From: the human T2T-CHM13v2.0 reference genome, Homo sapiens
Strand: one strand, 5' to 3'
NCBI RefSeq assembly: GCF_009914755.1
Contig: NC_060927.1
Length of the DNA stretch: 64,000 bases
The notes under the pieces: model-generated
The model's input: only the letters and a program-made list of their open reading frames with translations
The model's database searches: none
Told to the model about the DNA's origin: nothing
Part shown: positions 35,366 to 50,114 of the stretch, piece after piece
How the letters are laid out: every line of letters starts with the position of its first letter
Numbering within the stretch: position 1 is the first letter of the stretch
Made by a program: the position numbers and the translations under genes

Positions 35366-35489
35366 TAGGAACTTTGTATTATAGTTTTTACCAAATAAAC
35401 TCCAGCTGTGGTATTATCACAGGCATGGAACTGGCATGTTAAGCTGCATGCTGCTGGCCTAGATGAGCTGTCACTATTTGTTTCTGACC

Positions 35490-36300
35490 CTCCATTCATT
35501 CATTTGTCAAGCAAATATTGGATGAGCACCTATTATGAGCAAGGCACTGTTCTAGGCTTTGAGGATATAAGACTGAATGGCATGAACACAAATCCCTGCC
35601 CTCACAAGATAATCCACTTCTTATTGATTTGCTCTATGCTCACCGACGACTCTGGATTTCTAATTCAGTTTCTTAGTGTTTGTTGAGAGCAAAACTAGGG
35701 TGTCAGGCCCTGAGAAGGCATGGACCCCATTGGAGATTACTGATTTACACAAAAGGCTCTGGGCAGTTTGATTCACGTGGCTTGGCCCAGGAGACTCTGT
35801 GTGCATTGGTAACATTCTACCATGGAGCCTTCAGAGCCCAGGAGCAGCCTTGCCCCCGGGAGACCATGACAACAAAACATCTCTTGCACATCCTGACCTT
35901 GATCAGCTTTAGTTGGCGTTATTATGAAAACCCAAATTCAGGGAAAATTGACCAATACTGGGACCTTGGCTTAGCACGTGTGCTTATTGATGCTTACATA
36001 AATGATTAGATTGTCTGCCATCACTGCTCCAATCCAGAACTTGGCCTGGAATTAGACACTACTTGAATAGGATGAGAGAAATGGTCTCAAAGGAAACTGT
36101 TCTCAATGTTAGTTAGGGAGCAACAATAATAAGAAATAACTTCTCTTGTTTTTCCCAGGTGTTCAGGCCTATTCTAAGAGCCTTAGATGCCTTTGCAACA
36201 TCACGTCTCTAAAAGATGGGAACCATCACTATCGCCATTTTGCAGAAGAGACTAAAGATTAAGTGAATTGCCCAAGATTACCTGGCTGGTAGTCCCTGGT
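35490..36300 (-). mobile_element. L2 3' end (~35490-35610) and MIR (~36120-36300)
   Basis: CATTCATTCATTTG..GAGCACCTATTATGAGCAAGGCACTGTTCTAGG; CCATTTTGCAGAAGAG..TTAAGTGAATTGCCCAAG. Confidence 0.65.
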
Positions 36301-36419
36301 CTTTTTCTACAGCTTACAAAATCATTTATCTCACACTTCAAGAAGAAATGCTATGTTAGCAGGCAGCCATGAATTTGGGAATTCTGGACAATTGTGTAGA
36401 ATACTTTTGTGAAGTAAGG

Positions 36420-37450
<1,031 letters not shown>

Positions 37451-37654
37451 TGGGTGGGCGAAAGCAGGATGAACCCCAGATGACCTAGAGCACTTTATGA
37501 ACTTATAACAATTCCAGGTAGACATCTCCCTGCATGGCACAGCCTGGCGAGTGATGATTCCTCTGTGTGAAGCTCTCAAAGCACCCATTTCCTCCAGGTG
37601 CAGGGCCTGGAGAGGGAGCCCAGGCCCCTGCTGCCCTCTGCCAGGCCCCCTGTG

Positions 37655-38030
37655 TATTATGGATGAGTCGGCTTGGGCTGCTGTAACAGACAGGGAGTCT
37701 TAACCAGCAGAAATCTATTGTCTCATGATGCTGGAGGCCACAAGTCCCAGATCAAGATGTCACAGGGTTGGTTCCTTCTGGGGACTGTGAGGGAGAACCC
37801 ATCCCAGGCTTTTCTCCTTGGCTTGCAGATGGCCATCTTCTCCCTGTGTCTTCACAATCATCTTTCTTTTTGGGGTGCCTGTCTCTGGGTCAAAATTTCC
37901 TCTTTGCAAAGAACATGAATCATTGGATTAGAGCCCATCCTGAGAACCTCATGTCAGCTCATCTCTGTACAGACCTTATCTCCAAGTAAAGTTACTTTCT
38001 GAAGTCCTGAGGTGGGGACTCCAACAATTC
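37655..38030 (-). mobile_element. MLT1A/B MaLR LTR
   Basis: GGGCTGCTGTAACA..TCTCATGATGCTGGAGGCCACAAGTCCCAGATCAAG..GACCTTATCTCCAAG. Confidence 0.8.
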
Positions 38031-38479
38031 AGCTCCTGTGTGGTGCATGACCTTTACAACGGTAAGAAGCAAGCTGCTCCAGTACTGCCTATCCACAGTG
38101 TGACCCCATGGAAACCCAGACTGCCTGCTCACTTCACCCCACATTTCACATAGCCCCTGGCTCCACACTGGCCTTTGGTAATACTCAACAAACAGCTACA
38201 GATGAATGAAAATGCCAGCAAATCTGCCTAGAGAGGTGCTTGAATGGCTCCCAACAGGCTCCTCAGCCTCACTTCCTGCTGCTTCACCCTCACCCCTGTG
38301 CTTCAGCCTCCCCAGACACAGTGGCCCTGACTGAGTCTGCACTTTGCATCCCTCTGCCTGGAATACCCTCTCCCCAGAGAGCCACATGCCTCCCTCCCTC
38401 CTATCTATTTTGTGGCAGGCAAGCTGGGGAGCTGATTCAGGATTATTGGGTGGGCCCGATGTAACCATGAATCCTTGAA

Positions 38480-38893
38480 GACAGAAAAAGCAGAAAATCT
38501 TCCTGGCTAAGTCAGAAAGTAGACACTAATTGGAGAGAGACTGAGTCAAAGCATGAGAGGGACTCCATCCGCCATTGTCAACTTTGCAGAGGGAAGAAAT
38601 GAGCCATAAGCCAGGGAACCTGGCAGCCCCTAGAATCTGGGAATGGCCTTCAGCTGACAGCCAGTAAGGAAATGGGGCTTGAGTCCTAAAATGCAAGGAA
38701 TTGAATTCTGCCAACGACGCAGCGGGGCAGTAAATGGATCCTCCCCCAGAAGCCCAGAGAGGAATGCAGTCCTGCCAACACCTTGATCATGGCCGGGTAA
38801 TACCCTCATTGGACTTCTGAGCTTCAGAACTGTAAGATAATATATTTGTGTTGTTTAAGCCACTAAGTTTGTGGTAATTTGTTATGGCAGCCT
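38480..38893 (+). mobile_element. MLT1D/E MaLR LTR fragment
   Basis: CAGCTGACAGCCAG..GGAATTGAATTCTGCCAAC..CAGAACTGTAAGATAA..TTTAAGCCACTAAGTTTGTGGTAATTTGTTATGGCAGC. Confidence 0.8.
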
Positions 38894-38899
38894 AAGATA

Positions 38900-39140
38900 C
38901 TCATGTTATTCAGGTTCCTGATAAAATGTCACCTTCTTATAGAGGGTTTCCGAGACCATCGACCTGCATTTCTCCTGGTTTACTTTTCCCCACAGCCCTT
39001 GTCACTAGCTGATGTCACACTGTACACTTATCTGTGTTTTTGCTTCTCTTCTCTCTCTCCACTAGTGTGAGCTCCAGAAGGATGAGATATTTTGTTTTGA
39101 CCCCTTGTAGGCATTTAATAATTATTTGTTGAATGAAAGA
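38900..39140 (+). mobile_element. L2 3' end
   Basis: AAATGTCACCTTC..GAGCTCCAGAAGG..AATAATTATTTGTTGAATGAA. Confidence 0.65.
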
Positions 39141-39951
39141 ATACCATAAACAGGGTTTAATTTTGTCAGCTGCTTTCTCTATTTAGATAATCATTTGGGT
39201 TTTTTCCTTATTTCTGTTAACATAGTGAATTGATTTACAAAGATTAAATCAACTTTGCATTTCTAAGATAAACCCCACTTGGTTATGATATATAATCCTT
39301 TTCATATATTTCCGGATTTGATTTTGCTAATAGTTTGTTTAGGAATTTTGCCTCTATGTTCATGAGACGTAGATGACATGTCGGTTTTTTGTTTTGTTTT
39401 GTTTTTGTTTTGTAATGTCCTTGTCAGATTTTGGTATCTGAGTTATAGGAGACTCACAAAATGAATTGGAAAGTGTCATCTCTTCCTCTTTTATCTAAGA
39501 GTTATGCAAGCTTGGTATATATTTCTTTTCTTTAAAAGATTGGTTGAATTCACCAATGAAGCTATCTGTGCCTAAGTTTTCTTTGTGGGAAGGTCTTAAA
39601 TTATAGATTTAATTTCTTTAGCAAATATGACTACTCAGATTTTTTTTTACTTCTGTCAGATTTATGCAGTTGTGTTTTTCAAAGGATTTTCTCCATTTCC
39701 AATACATTCATGATATTCCCTTGTTATCCTTTTAATATCTTTAAGATCTGCAGTGATGCCCCCCTTTTCATTGGAGATGTTGGTAATTGATAATTTGATT
39801 TGTTTGTTTCTCCCTTAATCTCTCTCTCTCTCTATCATGTTATGAGGGAATTTATCAATTATATTAGTCATTTCAAAGAACTTTTGTTTCTGTTGATTTT
39901 CTCTATTGTTTGTCTTTTTTTCATTTCATTGACTTCTGCCCTCATCTTCCC

Positions 39952-39982
<31 letters not shown>

Positions 39983-40377
39983 TTTTTTTTTTGAGACAGA
40001 GTCTTGCTCTGTTGCCCAGGTTGCAGTGCAATGGCACTATCCCAGCTCAGTGTAACCTCTGCCTCCTGGGTTCAAGCAATTCTCCCTGCCTCAGCCTCCC
40101 GAGTAGCTGGGATTACAGGTGCCTGCCACCATGCCTGGCTAAGTTTTGTATTTTTAGTAGGGATGGGGTTTCACCATGTTGGCCAGGCTGATCTCGGACT
40201 CCTGACTTCAGGTGATCCACCCACCTCGGCCTCCCAAAGTGCTGGGGTTACAGGCGTGAGCCACTACACCCGGCCCTTTATTTTCTTCTTTCAACTTTTC
40301 CGTGGTTTAGCTTGTTCCTCTCTTTCTAGCTTCTTGGGGGTATAACTGAATTACTGGCTTTAAATCTTCCTTCTTTT

Positions 40378-40590
40378 TAAATATATATATATTTTTATAT
40401 ATAAAAATTATATGTATATATTTATATATATTATATATATAAACATATATAATATATAAAAATATATAATATATATATTATTATATATAATATATATTTA
40501 TATATATTATAAAAATATTATTATATATAATATATATTTATATATATATTATAAAATATATATAATATATAAATATATATATATATTTTT
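40378..40590. repeat. ~210-bp (TA)-rich low-complexity tract (expanded AluJ tail)
   Basis: Almost only A/T; includes a ~40-bp internal duplication; abuts the 3' end of the antisense AluJ. Confidence 0.9.
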
Positions 40591-40710
40591 AAAGAGACAA
40601 GGTCACGCTCTGTTGCCTAGGCTAGACAGCAGTGGCATGATCATGACTCACTGCAGCCTCAAACTGTTGGGCTCAAATGATCCTCCTGCCTTAGCCTTCT
40701 GAGTAGCTAG

Positions 40711-40839
<129 letters not shown>

Positions 40840-42164
40840 TAAAGCCCTGGGATTACAAGCATGAGCCATCCTAAATTTTTTTATTTGTTGTATTTTCGTT
40901 ATCATTCAGTTAAAAACGTTTTCTAATGTCTCTTGTGATTTCTTCTTAAACCCATATATTATGTAGATTCATTTCTAAACAGTTGGAGCTTATCTGATAA
41001 TCTTTTTGTCATTGACTTCCAGCTTGGTTCCCATGTGGTTAAGAAACACACTCTGTTTGATTTTAAACTTTTGACATTTATCCAAAATTATTTATGGTCC
41101 ACAATATGATCTATTCTGGTGATGTTTCATATCCATTTGAAAAGAATACATATTCTTCAGTTGTTGGGTATAATGTTCTCAAATTTTGACCAATTAGTTC
41201 AAATTGGTTTATAGTGTGGTTCAAATCTTATATATCTTTATCCATTTTTTGTCTGCTTATTATTCTATCAGTTATTGAAAGAGAAATGGCATAATGTGAA
41301 TTTGACTTTTTTAAAATCTTAGTTCTATAAATTACTGAGGCATACAGGGTGAATACACTTTAGGACAGTTAACACTTCCTGAAGAATTAACCCTTTATCA
41401 TTATTCTTTATCATAAGGATGAAAAGCACACCCTTCTCCCTGGAAATATTAATGTAGGTCATCAGCTATATCAGTATAGCAATGATATTAATATAGCTGC
41501 ATCTGCTTTCTTATACTGTTTCTTTTTCCATTATTTTACTTTTAACCTTTCTGTATCCTTATATTTAAAGATAGTCTCTTGTAAACATTATAGGGTCAAG
41601 TTTTCTTTTTTCTGTCCAAACAAACTCTCTTGTTTCATTGGTGTGTTTATTCCATTTACGTTTTGAACTACTCATATGGTTGGGTGTAAGTCTGCCATCT
41701 TTCTGTTTTGTTTCCACTTGTCCCTTCTCATCCATTGTTTCTCCTTTCCAGACTTCTGAATTAATCAAGCATTTTTATTATTCCTTTTTATCTTTTGCAT
41801 TCAATTAGTAATAACTCTTTATTTTATACCTAGTTGTTGCTCTAGGGATTATAATATGCCTCCTTAACTTATCATACTCTACCTTAAGTTGATATACAAC
41901 TTCATGTACAATGCTAGAAACTTACAACAGTTTAATTTCTTTTAACCACTCACTCCCCTTTAGGTTACGTATTATATATTTTACCTCTACATATTATATA
42001 AATCCACCCATACTCTGTTATTAGTTATTTCAAGTGGTCAGTAGGCTCTAAAATGTATTTTTTGAACTGTTCTTTTCTATTTATCTAACCATTTCTGCTT
42101 CTAGTGGCCTTCATTCCTTCTTGAAGATATGGGCTTCCAACTGGGATCTTTTATCCTCACCCTT

Positions 42165-42524
42165 GTCTTAGTTCGGGTTGCTATAACAGAATACGATAGT
42201 CTGGGGGGCTTAAACAATAGAAATCTATTTTCTCACGGTTCTGGAGGTTGGAGTTAGGTCAGGGTGCCAGCCACACTGAGTCCTTGGTGAGGGCTCTCTT
42301 CCAGGTTATGTCCTCCCTCACACAGCCTTCCCTTGTGCATTTACACACAGAGATCTCATGTCTCTTCCTCTTTTTATAAGGGCATTAATTCCACCAGGAG
42401 GTCCCCAACCTCATGACCTAACTTAATTCTAATCACCTCCCAAAGGCTCCACCTCTGAATATGATCCAATTGGGGATTAGGGTTCAACATATGAATTTGG
42501 GAGACACAAACATTCAATGCATAG
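42165..42524 (-). mobile_element. MLT1A0/MSTD-like MaLR LTR
   Basis: TGTCTTAGTTCGGGTTGCTATAACAGAATAC..TTTGGGAGACACAAACATTCA. Confidence 0.8.
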
Positions 42525-42533
42525 TGACCCTGA

Positions 42534-42746
<213 letters not shown>

Positions 42747-43039
42747 TGATACACCAGCCTCGGCTTCCCAAAGTGCTGGGATTACAGGCGTGAGCCACTG
42801 CACCCAGCTGAAATTCTTTTTCCTTTCCATGCTTTACTTAGGTAATTTCTACAATCTGTTTTGTGTTTACTTATTCTTTCATTTATTGTGTCTGGTCTGC
42901 TGTTAAGCCCTTCTGATGAGCTCATCATTTCAGATATTTTTCTGTTCCATAATTTCTAATTGGTTCTTTTTTAGAGTTTCAATTTCTCTGCTAAAATTTT
43001 CCATCATTTCATCAACTTTTTCCAGTAAGTTATTTAGCA

Positions 43040-43972
43040 CAGCAGTCCCCAACCTTTTTGGCACAATTTTTCCACTGATGAGGGTGGGGGTGGGGATGGT
43101 TTCGGGATGTTTCAAGCACATTACATTTATTGTGCACTTTTTTTTATTATTATTACATTGTAATATACAATGAAATAATTATACAACTCACCATAACAAA
43201 GAATCAGTGGGAGCCCTGAGCTTGTTTTCCTGCAACTAGATAGTCCCATCTGGGGGTGATGGGAGAAGAGATACCTGAAGTGTGTTGCTTATGTCCAGTC
43301 TGTTCTCATTTTGTCCAGTATCTCGTTTTGGTTGCTGTCACTGCAGAAAACCCTGCTTCACAAACAGAGGATGCTGGAAATGGAAGCAGGTTTTTCAGTG
43401 CTTTTGTGGCAATCTCAGGATACTCCGCCTTGACTTTAATCCAGAACATATGGGGATTTGAAGTTGTCTCAAACATACTTTTAAGGCCACCAGATGCAGC
43501 TGTACAACTGAAGTATATTGACTCACTTGCCAGCCACCAGTTGCAGCTTAATTGTCACTTGCCACTCACTGGTAGGGTTTTGATATTAGCCTGCAAGCAG
43601 TGGATTTATTGTGGTCTTATGGTCTCTGTGCAGTGAAAACTGTCTGCTAATGTTAACCTGTATTTGCAGCCACTCCCTAGCACTAACATCACTGCCTGAG
43701 CTCCCCTCAGATCATCAGGCTTTAGATTATCATAAGGAAAGTGCAACCTAGGTCCCTCCCATGTGCAGTTCACAATAGGATTCATGCTCCTATGAGAATC
43801 TAATGCCACCACTGATCTGACAGGAGGTGGAACTCAGGCAGTAATGTGAATGAGGGGGAGTGGATGTAAATACAGATCTCGCTCGCCCGCCACTCACTTC
43901 CTGCTGTGTGGCGTCGTTCCTAACAGGCCATGGACTAGTACCGGTTTGTGGCACAAGGGTTGGGGACCTCTG
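43040..43972 (-). mobile_element. Charlie3/MER1-family hAT transposon, internally deleted
   Basis: TIRs CAGCAGTCCCCAACC / GGTTGGGGACCTCTG; degenerate 8-bp TSD ATTTAGCA / CTTTAACA; minus strand encodes FWIKVKAEYPEIATKALKNLLPFPASSVCEAGFSAVTATKTR (hAT C-terminal dimerisation domain). Confidence 0.88.
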
Positions 43973-44923
43973 CTTTAACATATTTATAACAATTATTTAA
44001 AGACTATTCTCTGCTAATTCCAACATCTAGTTCACCTTTGAGTCTGTCTCTTTTGATCATTTTTCCTCCTTTTGATAAACCATCACATTTTTTTCCTTCT
44101 TCACACATAGAACTGATTTTTCAGCATATGCCAGACATTGTGTGACTCCTAGAAACTCTGAATTTTGTTACCTTTCTCTAAAGCGGGCTGAGTTTTGTTC
44201 AGGGAGTCTGGTGGATCCCTTCAATTTTGCTGAGGCTGGGCTTTTCGACATGTCTATTTCAATGTTTCCCTTAGTCATCAGGCACAGCCCTTACTTCTAT
44301 AGCATGGTTCTTACTCTTAATGAAATGACCTTTCTGGGGTTTTAATTAAATGCCAGAGATGCCCACCAAGGTCTATGGCTTGACTGGCTGAAATTCTTCA
44401 ATGATGAGTTATCATTGAAATCTCTGATCAACTCTCTGTTCCTAGGAGCTGTTCTCTATTAGGCATCATAGTGTCTTGCCCCGGACATGTTCAGTTTAAG
44501 ATTTAGCCAAGGACCTTAAGGGAGGCCTTATACAAAGTTAAGGAATTGTCTCTCATCTGGTACCCTGACACACAAATTGCCACTGTCACAGAAGCCACAA
44601 GCAATGTTTCCAGATTCCCTGCCCAGCTTCCCTTCCCTGCTGCTCTCTTTGCTTGACTAAATTATCCCCCACTGTGGTTTAGAAATCAACTTCAAGCAGA
44701 AAGCCAGGATAAATATCAAGTACCTCCCTTGGCTCAAGGCAGCTCAAGGCTTTAAGCCACTGTCCAAGGCCTGAAAACCATTGTTTCACATGTTTTGTGC
44801 ATTTGTTATAGTCTTCATGATAGAATGGTAAGTCTAATGCTACTCCATCACAACCGGACTGGAAGTCTTTGAGTAAGTTACTATCTGCACAAACAAGAGG
44901 ATGATTCAAAATTACCTAATGCA

Positions 44924-45243
<320 letters not shown>

Positions 45244-45968
45244 ACCTAATGCAATGGAACATTAAAAACTCAATTACTGCCTGTCTCCCTCTGAGCCTAC
45301 CCTGTAGCTGAGTTGATCCCCACCACAGGCCTCTGTTTCCTCCTCTTTCCCATCAGCCATGGTCTTACAGCCTGTCACATTCAAGTTGACATTCTATTCA
45401 TTTACCGTGTTCTTATTCTGAACCCTTCCTTAGACACAGGAGTTACAAAATTGCCATTATTGGAAGGAAAGCACAATTCAAGAAAAAAGCTCAAAGGATC
45501 TCAAAAATACAGATTATATAATAAAAAAGGACAATGGCTTTTAAATATACTAATATATTCTATTACAGACCAAATACATGAGAAATTAGAAACCCCTGAA
45601 TAGCTGTTGGCTTGTATTGCATTTTAAAAAGACAGAAGATCTTGAGAATATGCCCTAATGGAGGAATAGCAATGACAACTCAAAACAGACAGCTTTTTTA
45701 CATATATTAGTCTCTTGCATTTGAAATGGTAATGAATGATATCTGCCCCACACCTCTCCCCCACAATCCAGCTAAGGTTAAAAATAAAAATAAGAAGGCA
45801 TGCTCCAGGTGGGCAGTCAGGAGGATCCCAGGAATATTCTGGGCACTTGCTATAGCTGCCAAGAATAGGATTCAAGGTTTATCCCAAATAATCTATGAAA
45901 TGGAAAGAAACACGAAGACAATTAATATTAACAATCCATTATGGCAAAACTGGGCACTCTCCAGATGC

Positions 45969-45971
<3 letters not shown>

Positions 45972-46003
<32 letters not shown>

Positions 46004-46347
46004 CACACACACATACACATATATACACATATACACATATATGTACATTATATATATATATATTTTTTTTGAGACAGAGTCTCACTCTGTTGTCCAGGCT
46101 GGAGTGCAGTGGTGGAGGTTCACTGCAACCTCCACCTCCCGGGTTCAAGCGATTCTCCTGCCTCAGTCCCCTGAGTAGCTGGGATCACAGGCGCATGCCA
46201 CCACACCTGGCTAATTTTTGTATTTTTAGTAGAGGTGGGGTTTCACCATGTTGACCTGGCTGGTCTCAAACTCCTGACCTCAAATGATCCACCCACGTCA
46301 GCCTTCCAAAATGCTGAGATTTCAGGCGTGAGCCACTGTGCCCAGCC
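45972..46347 (-). mobile_element. AluS with (TA)n/(CA)n compound microsatellite tail (45972-46062)
   Basis: Antisense Alu preceded by TATATA..CACACA tract. Confidence 0.93.
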
Positions 46348-47591
46348 ACTTTAAAATATTTTTGACTACCTGTATATAACCCAAGTCTTTAAGAGTTCAT
46401 CTTAACAGACTTCCATTTGTAGAACATGCTTAGATTCTACCCTGAGTCCCTTTATTGATTCGAGGTCTTATCAAGTCACAATGTTTACTAGTTTTGAAAA
46501 TGTGTTTAACATGGAAAACACTGCTGCGTCTCGCCACAGCATTTTATCTTCACATCTGGCTTGGGGACCATCAGCTTACCAAGTCCACTCACGCCCGCTA
46601 ATGTTTCCAAAAGCTTTATTTTGGAAATTTGGTGCACTTTGGCTTTGAAACATGTGTATAGATGATTTTTAACATAAGAAGCCCTGCATTCATTGTTATT
46701 TTTAAATAAATGTATGCAACTGTTAAATTTTGTGTTTCTTGGGTTTTGTTTTCCACAGCTGACTGGGCATATTCCCAGTGAGAAAATAAGGTCAGCAAAA
46801 CAGCTGCAATAGTGGAAAAGGGACCAGTGGCCATGAGAGAGAACCAATGAAAGAGCATCTGCTAATGTATTAATGTGATGTCATGGAAGAACTAACCATC
46901 TTAAAGATTATAAAATGCAAGGGTATGAGGCTTCCAGAAGATACCTCTTAAAGGCCCAGCAAATTATAAATATGTTGACAACACTTCATAGATAGATTAA
47001 CACATATAAAATGTATCATATGAAAGATAACATTTATCCTAAATTAGGCGTGGTTCTAAGTCTAACGAATATTCAGATGGCAGAGCTAGAAGAAACTGAA
47101 CATTTTTCTTCCTGGAAAGCAGTAAACTTTGTTCTAATCTCAGTCATCCTTCTACCTAGCTGTGCAACGCTATTTAGACAACCAGGGCCTCGGTTTCTTT
47201 ATTTGAAACCAAATTCCTCAGAATTTTATTATTTTATCCTCCTTCCCCTCCCCAATAGAATGTAATTCTCTGAAAACTTAATGTATCTGCTTCAGATACT
47301 TCTGTTCTTTTAGCTAAGTGCCAAGGATTGCAATGGAAGAATGGTAAGAAATATTTTTTCCATGGTAAGGGTGATGTTTAGAGCACAGAAAACAGCAAAT
47401 GCATTACTCGGCATCCTGACTATACTCTTATTGTGAAGCCTAACCTTTTAAATTGTTTTAAACCGGATGCTCTGAGGCTAGTAACTTGATGAATTAACTC
47501 ATAAATGACTGCATTTCAATTTGGATGTCCCTATATGGACCCTGGCACAGGCTAGCGTTGCCATGGCTGTTCTCTAAATGAACATATAGAT

Positions 47592-47898
47592 TTTACTTAT
47601 TTATTTATTTATTGAGACAGGGTCTCACTCTGTTGCTCAGACTGGAGTGCAGTGGTATGATCTCAGCTCACTGCAGCCTCGAACTCCGGGTGCAAGCAAT
47701 CCTCTCACCTCAGTCTCCCAAGTAACTGGGACTACAGGTGTGCGCCACCACGCCTGGCTAATTTTGTTGTATCTTTTGTAGAGATGGGGTTTCACCATGT
47801 TGCCCAGGCTGGTTTTGGACTCCTGAACTCAAGCGATCCTCCTACCTCGAGCCTCCCAAAGTGCTGTGATTACAGTCATGAGCCACCATGCCCAGCCC
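47592..47898 (-). mobile_element. AluJb
   Basis: CTGCAGCCTCGAACTCC..AAGCAATCCTCTCACC; TSD CATATAGATTT. Confidence 0.93.
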
Positions 47899-48219
47899 AT
47901 ATAGATTTATGTTAAATAATTAATTAGCATATTTCTTAAAAGGCTGAAATCATCAAAACAATTTGCTAAAATTTATAGACTTACAATTCTTTTCACTTAA
48001 ACAATTTATCATATGTCCCTAAGGCTCTTTCATCTTTACACACCTCTAAACACACAGCATGCACAGATTCATCAGATACACAGTCACACACTTGCATGAT
48101 CTATTGTTTCTCATACTTTTCCCTTAGAACTATATGATCTTTATTTATAATGCCTACAAAATAGTGAAATTGATAGAACAATTTTGTCAACTTTATCTGT
48201 GTCAGACTGAAACATGTAA

Positions 48220-48525
<306 letters not shown>

Positions 48526-48664
48526 TAATGGTGATCTTTTCATTCTTCAGTGTTCTTAAATTTGGACAATATGATTTGTCAGCATTACAGACAAGGTAGT
48601 ACACAAGCTGTTCTGCTCTCTACCTGATTCAGACATTGCCACGGCACATATAACACTGGCATCC

Positions 48665-49070
48665 TGTATCATTTAGCTTTCTCTGTTTAACAAAACACCC
48701 CTAAATTTAGTGGCTTAAAACAACGAAGTCATTATCTCCCATGGTTCTGTGGGTTGGCTGAGTGGCTCTTCACATCATTAGTTCGGGAGACGGCAGTGTG
48801 GCTGGTCTTGAGGGGCCTGACTGCCAGGTCTGGCTTGCTGTCAGCTGAGGCCACAGCCATATGTCTGTAATCAAGCAGCAGGCCAGCCTGGGCTTGTTCA
48901 CATGGGCACAGGGGGGCTCGCAGCAGCACGGAGGGGCGAGCCCCAACACACAAGCGCTGCTCAAGTCTCCACCTGCATTCGTCTACTGTTGTTCCAGTGA
49001 CCAGACAAGGGCCAAGTCCAGAGTCATGTGGGCACAAGGCCATTTCACAAAGAGTCTGCCCCACTCTATG
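48665..49070 (-). mobile_element. MLT1H/I-like MaLR LTR
   Basis: TGTATCATTTAGC..AAATTTAGTGGCTTAAAACAAC..GGCCAGCCTGGGCTTGTTCACATGG. Confidence 0.65.
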
Positions 49071-49288
49071 CCATTCATCTGTTCCCTTTCTTTGTTTTTG
49101 CCTTAGGTCTGTTGTCAAATGTATTCAGCATCCAATCCTTTTCTGAGGTTTCCCCTGTCATCTTCCGGCTGGTTGGAGTTCATCCTCATGATAACAGGGA
49201 CTGGGTGGAAATGCCGTCTTCTAATTTGCATAAAAGCACTGCACGTGCTAGCTGCAGGCCTGACCTTCAGCTATACTGTAGACAGCCT

Positions 49289-50028
49289 TGAAAGTGCCTT
49301 TGCAGAATTGTAAGTAATGAAATAAATCTAACATGATGGGCTCCATCTTGATTCTAACCTCACAGGTTAAATTGTTTTTTGCTTATTCTAGCGCAGAGGC
49401 CAAAATAACCATAAGAGGAATTTAGTTAAAGTTTGAGGCAAGGAAAACTGACCCCCTCCTTTTTCAGAGACCAAAGCTGCATTAATAAGATAAGATTAGA
49501 ATTATGGCAGGGGCTTGAGCTTTGCTAAAGAATAGGCATAAACAATGACCTGCCATTGCTTAGTGTGTTTTCTACAAGTTGCTTATTGCCCCAGAGTCAT
49601 GTAACCAGGGGTTACATGATTTAAAAGCTTCCCAAGTACTCCTACACCATTGTGAAAACTAAATAACTAGTCTTTGAGATATTTTTTTAGATTTAGCATT
49701 TCAACAGACAAACAGATGCCACCTGGTCCTAAGACCCACTCCCCAACTCCCAGGAACTGACTCAGCTACTAAAAGGCAGTTTTAGACACACCTGTTATTT
49801 TGTTCCCACCCATACAATTATTCCAGTTCCCAAGCCCCATCTGCCAAAGTACCATTAAAAAACTCTAGCCTCCGAATTCTCCGGGGGACAGGCTTAAGAA
49901 GTTTCTCCTGTTCTCCATGCTTGGCTGGCCCTGCAATTAGTAAACTCTTTCTTTGCTGCAACACCTGCTGTTCTCATTTTTTGGGGGACAGTGGGCAACA
50001 CGCAAGAAGAACCCATTAGCTTGTGACA
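49289..50028 (+). mobile_element. Solo LTR8-family (LTR8A/B, ERV1) LTR
   Basis: TG...CA termini (TGAAAGTGCCTTTGCAGAATT ... AAGAAGAACCCATTAGCTTGTGACA); CTCCATCTTGATTCTAACCTC; perfect 4-bp TSD GCCT (49285-49288 / 50029-50032). Confidence 0.85.
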
Positions 50029-50114
50029 GCCTGAGTCTACAAAGAAGGAGGATGTGGCTGGAATGCAAAGTCTGGGGAATCAGCCTGCTCACCTGACCAC
50101 GCTTCCATCCCTGG

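Noticed and set aside
43256-43636. 126-aa plus-strand ORF
   Set aside because: Antisense shadow of the Charlie3 transposase remnant
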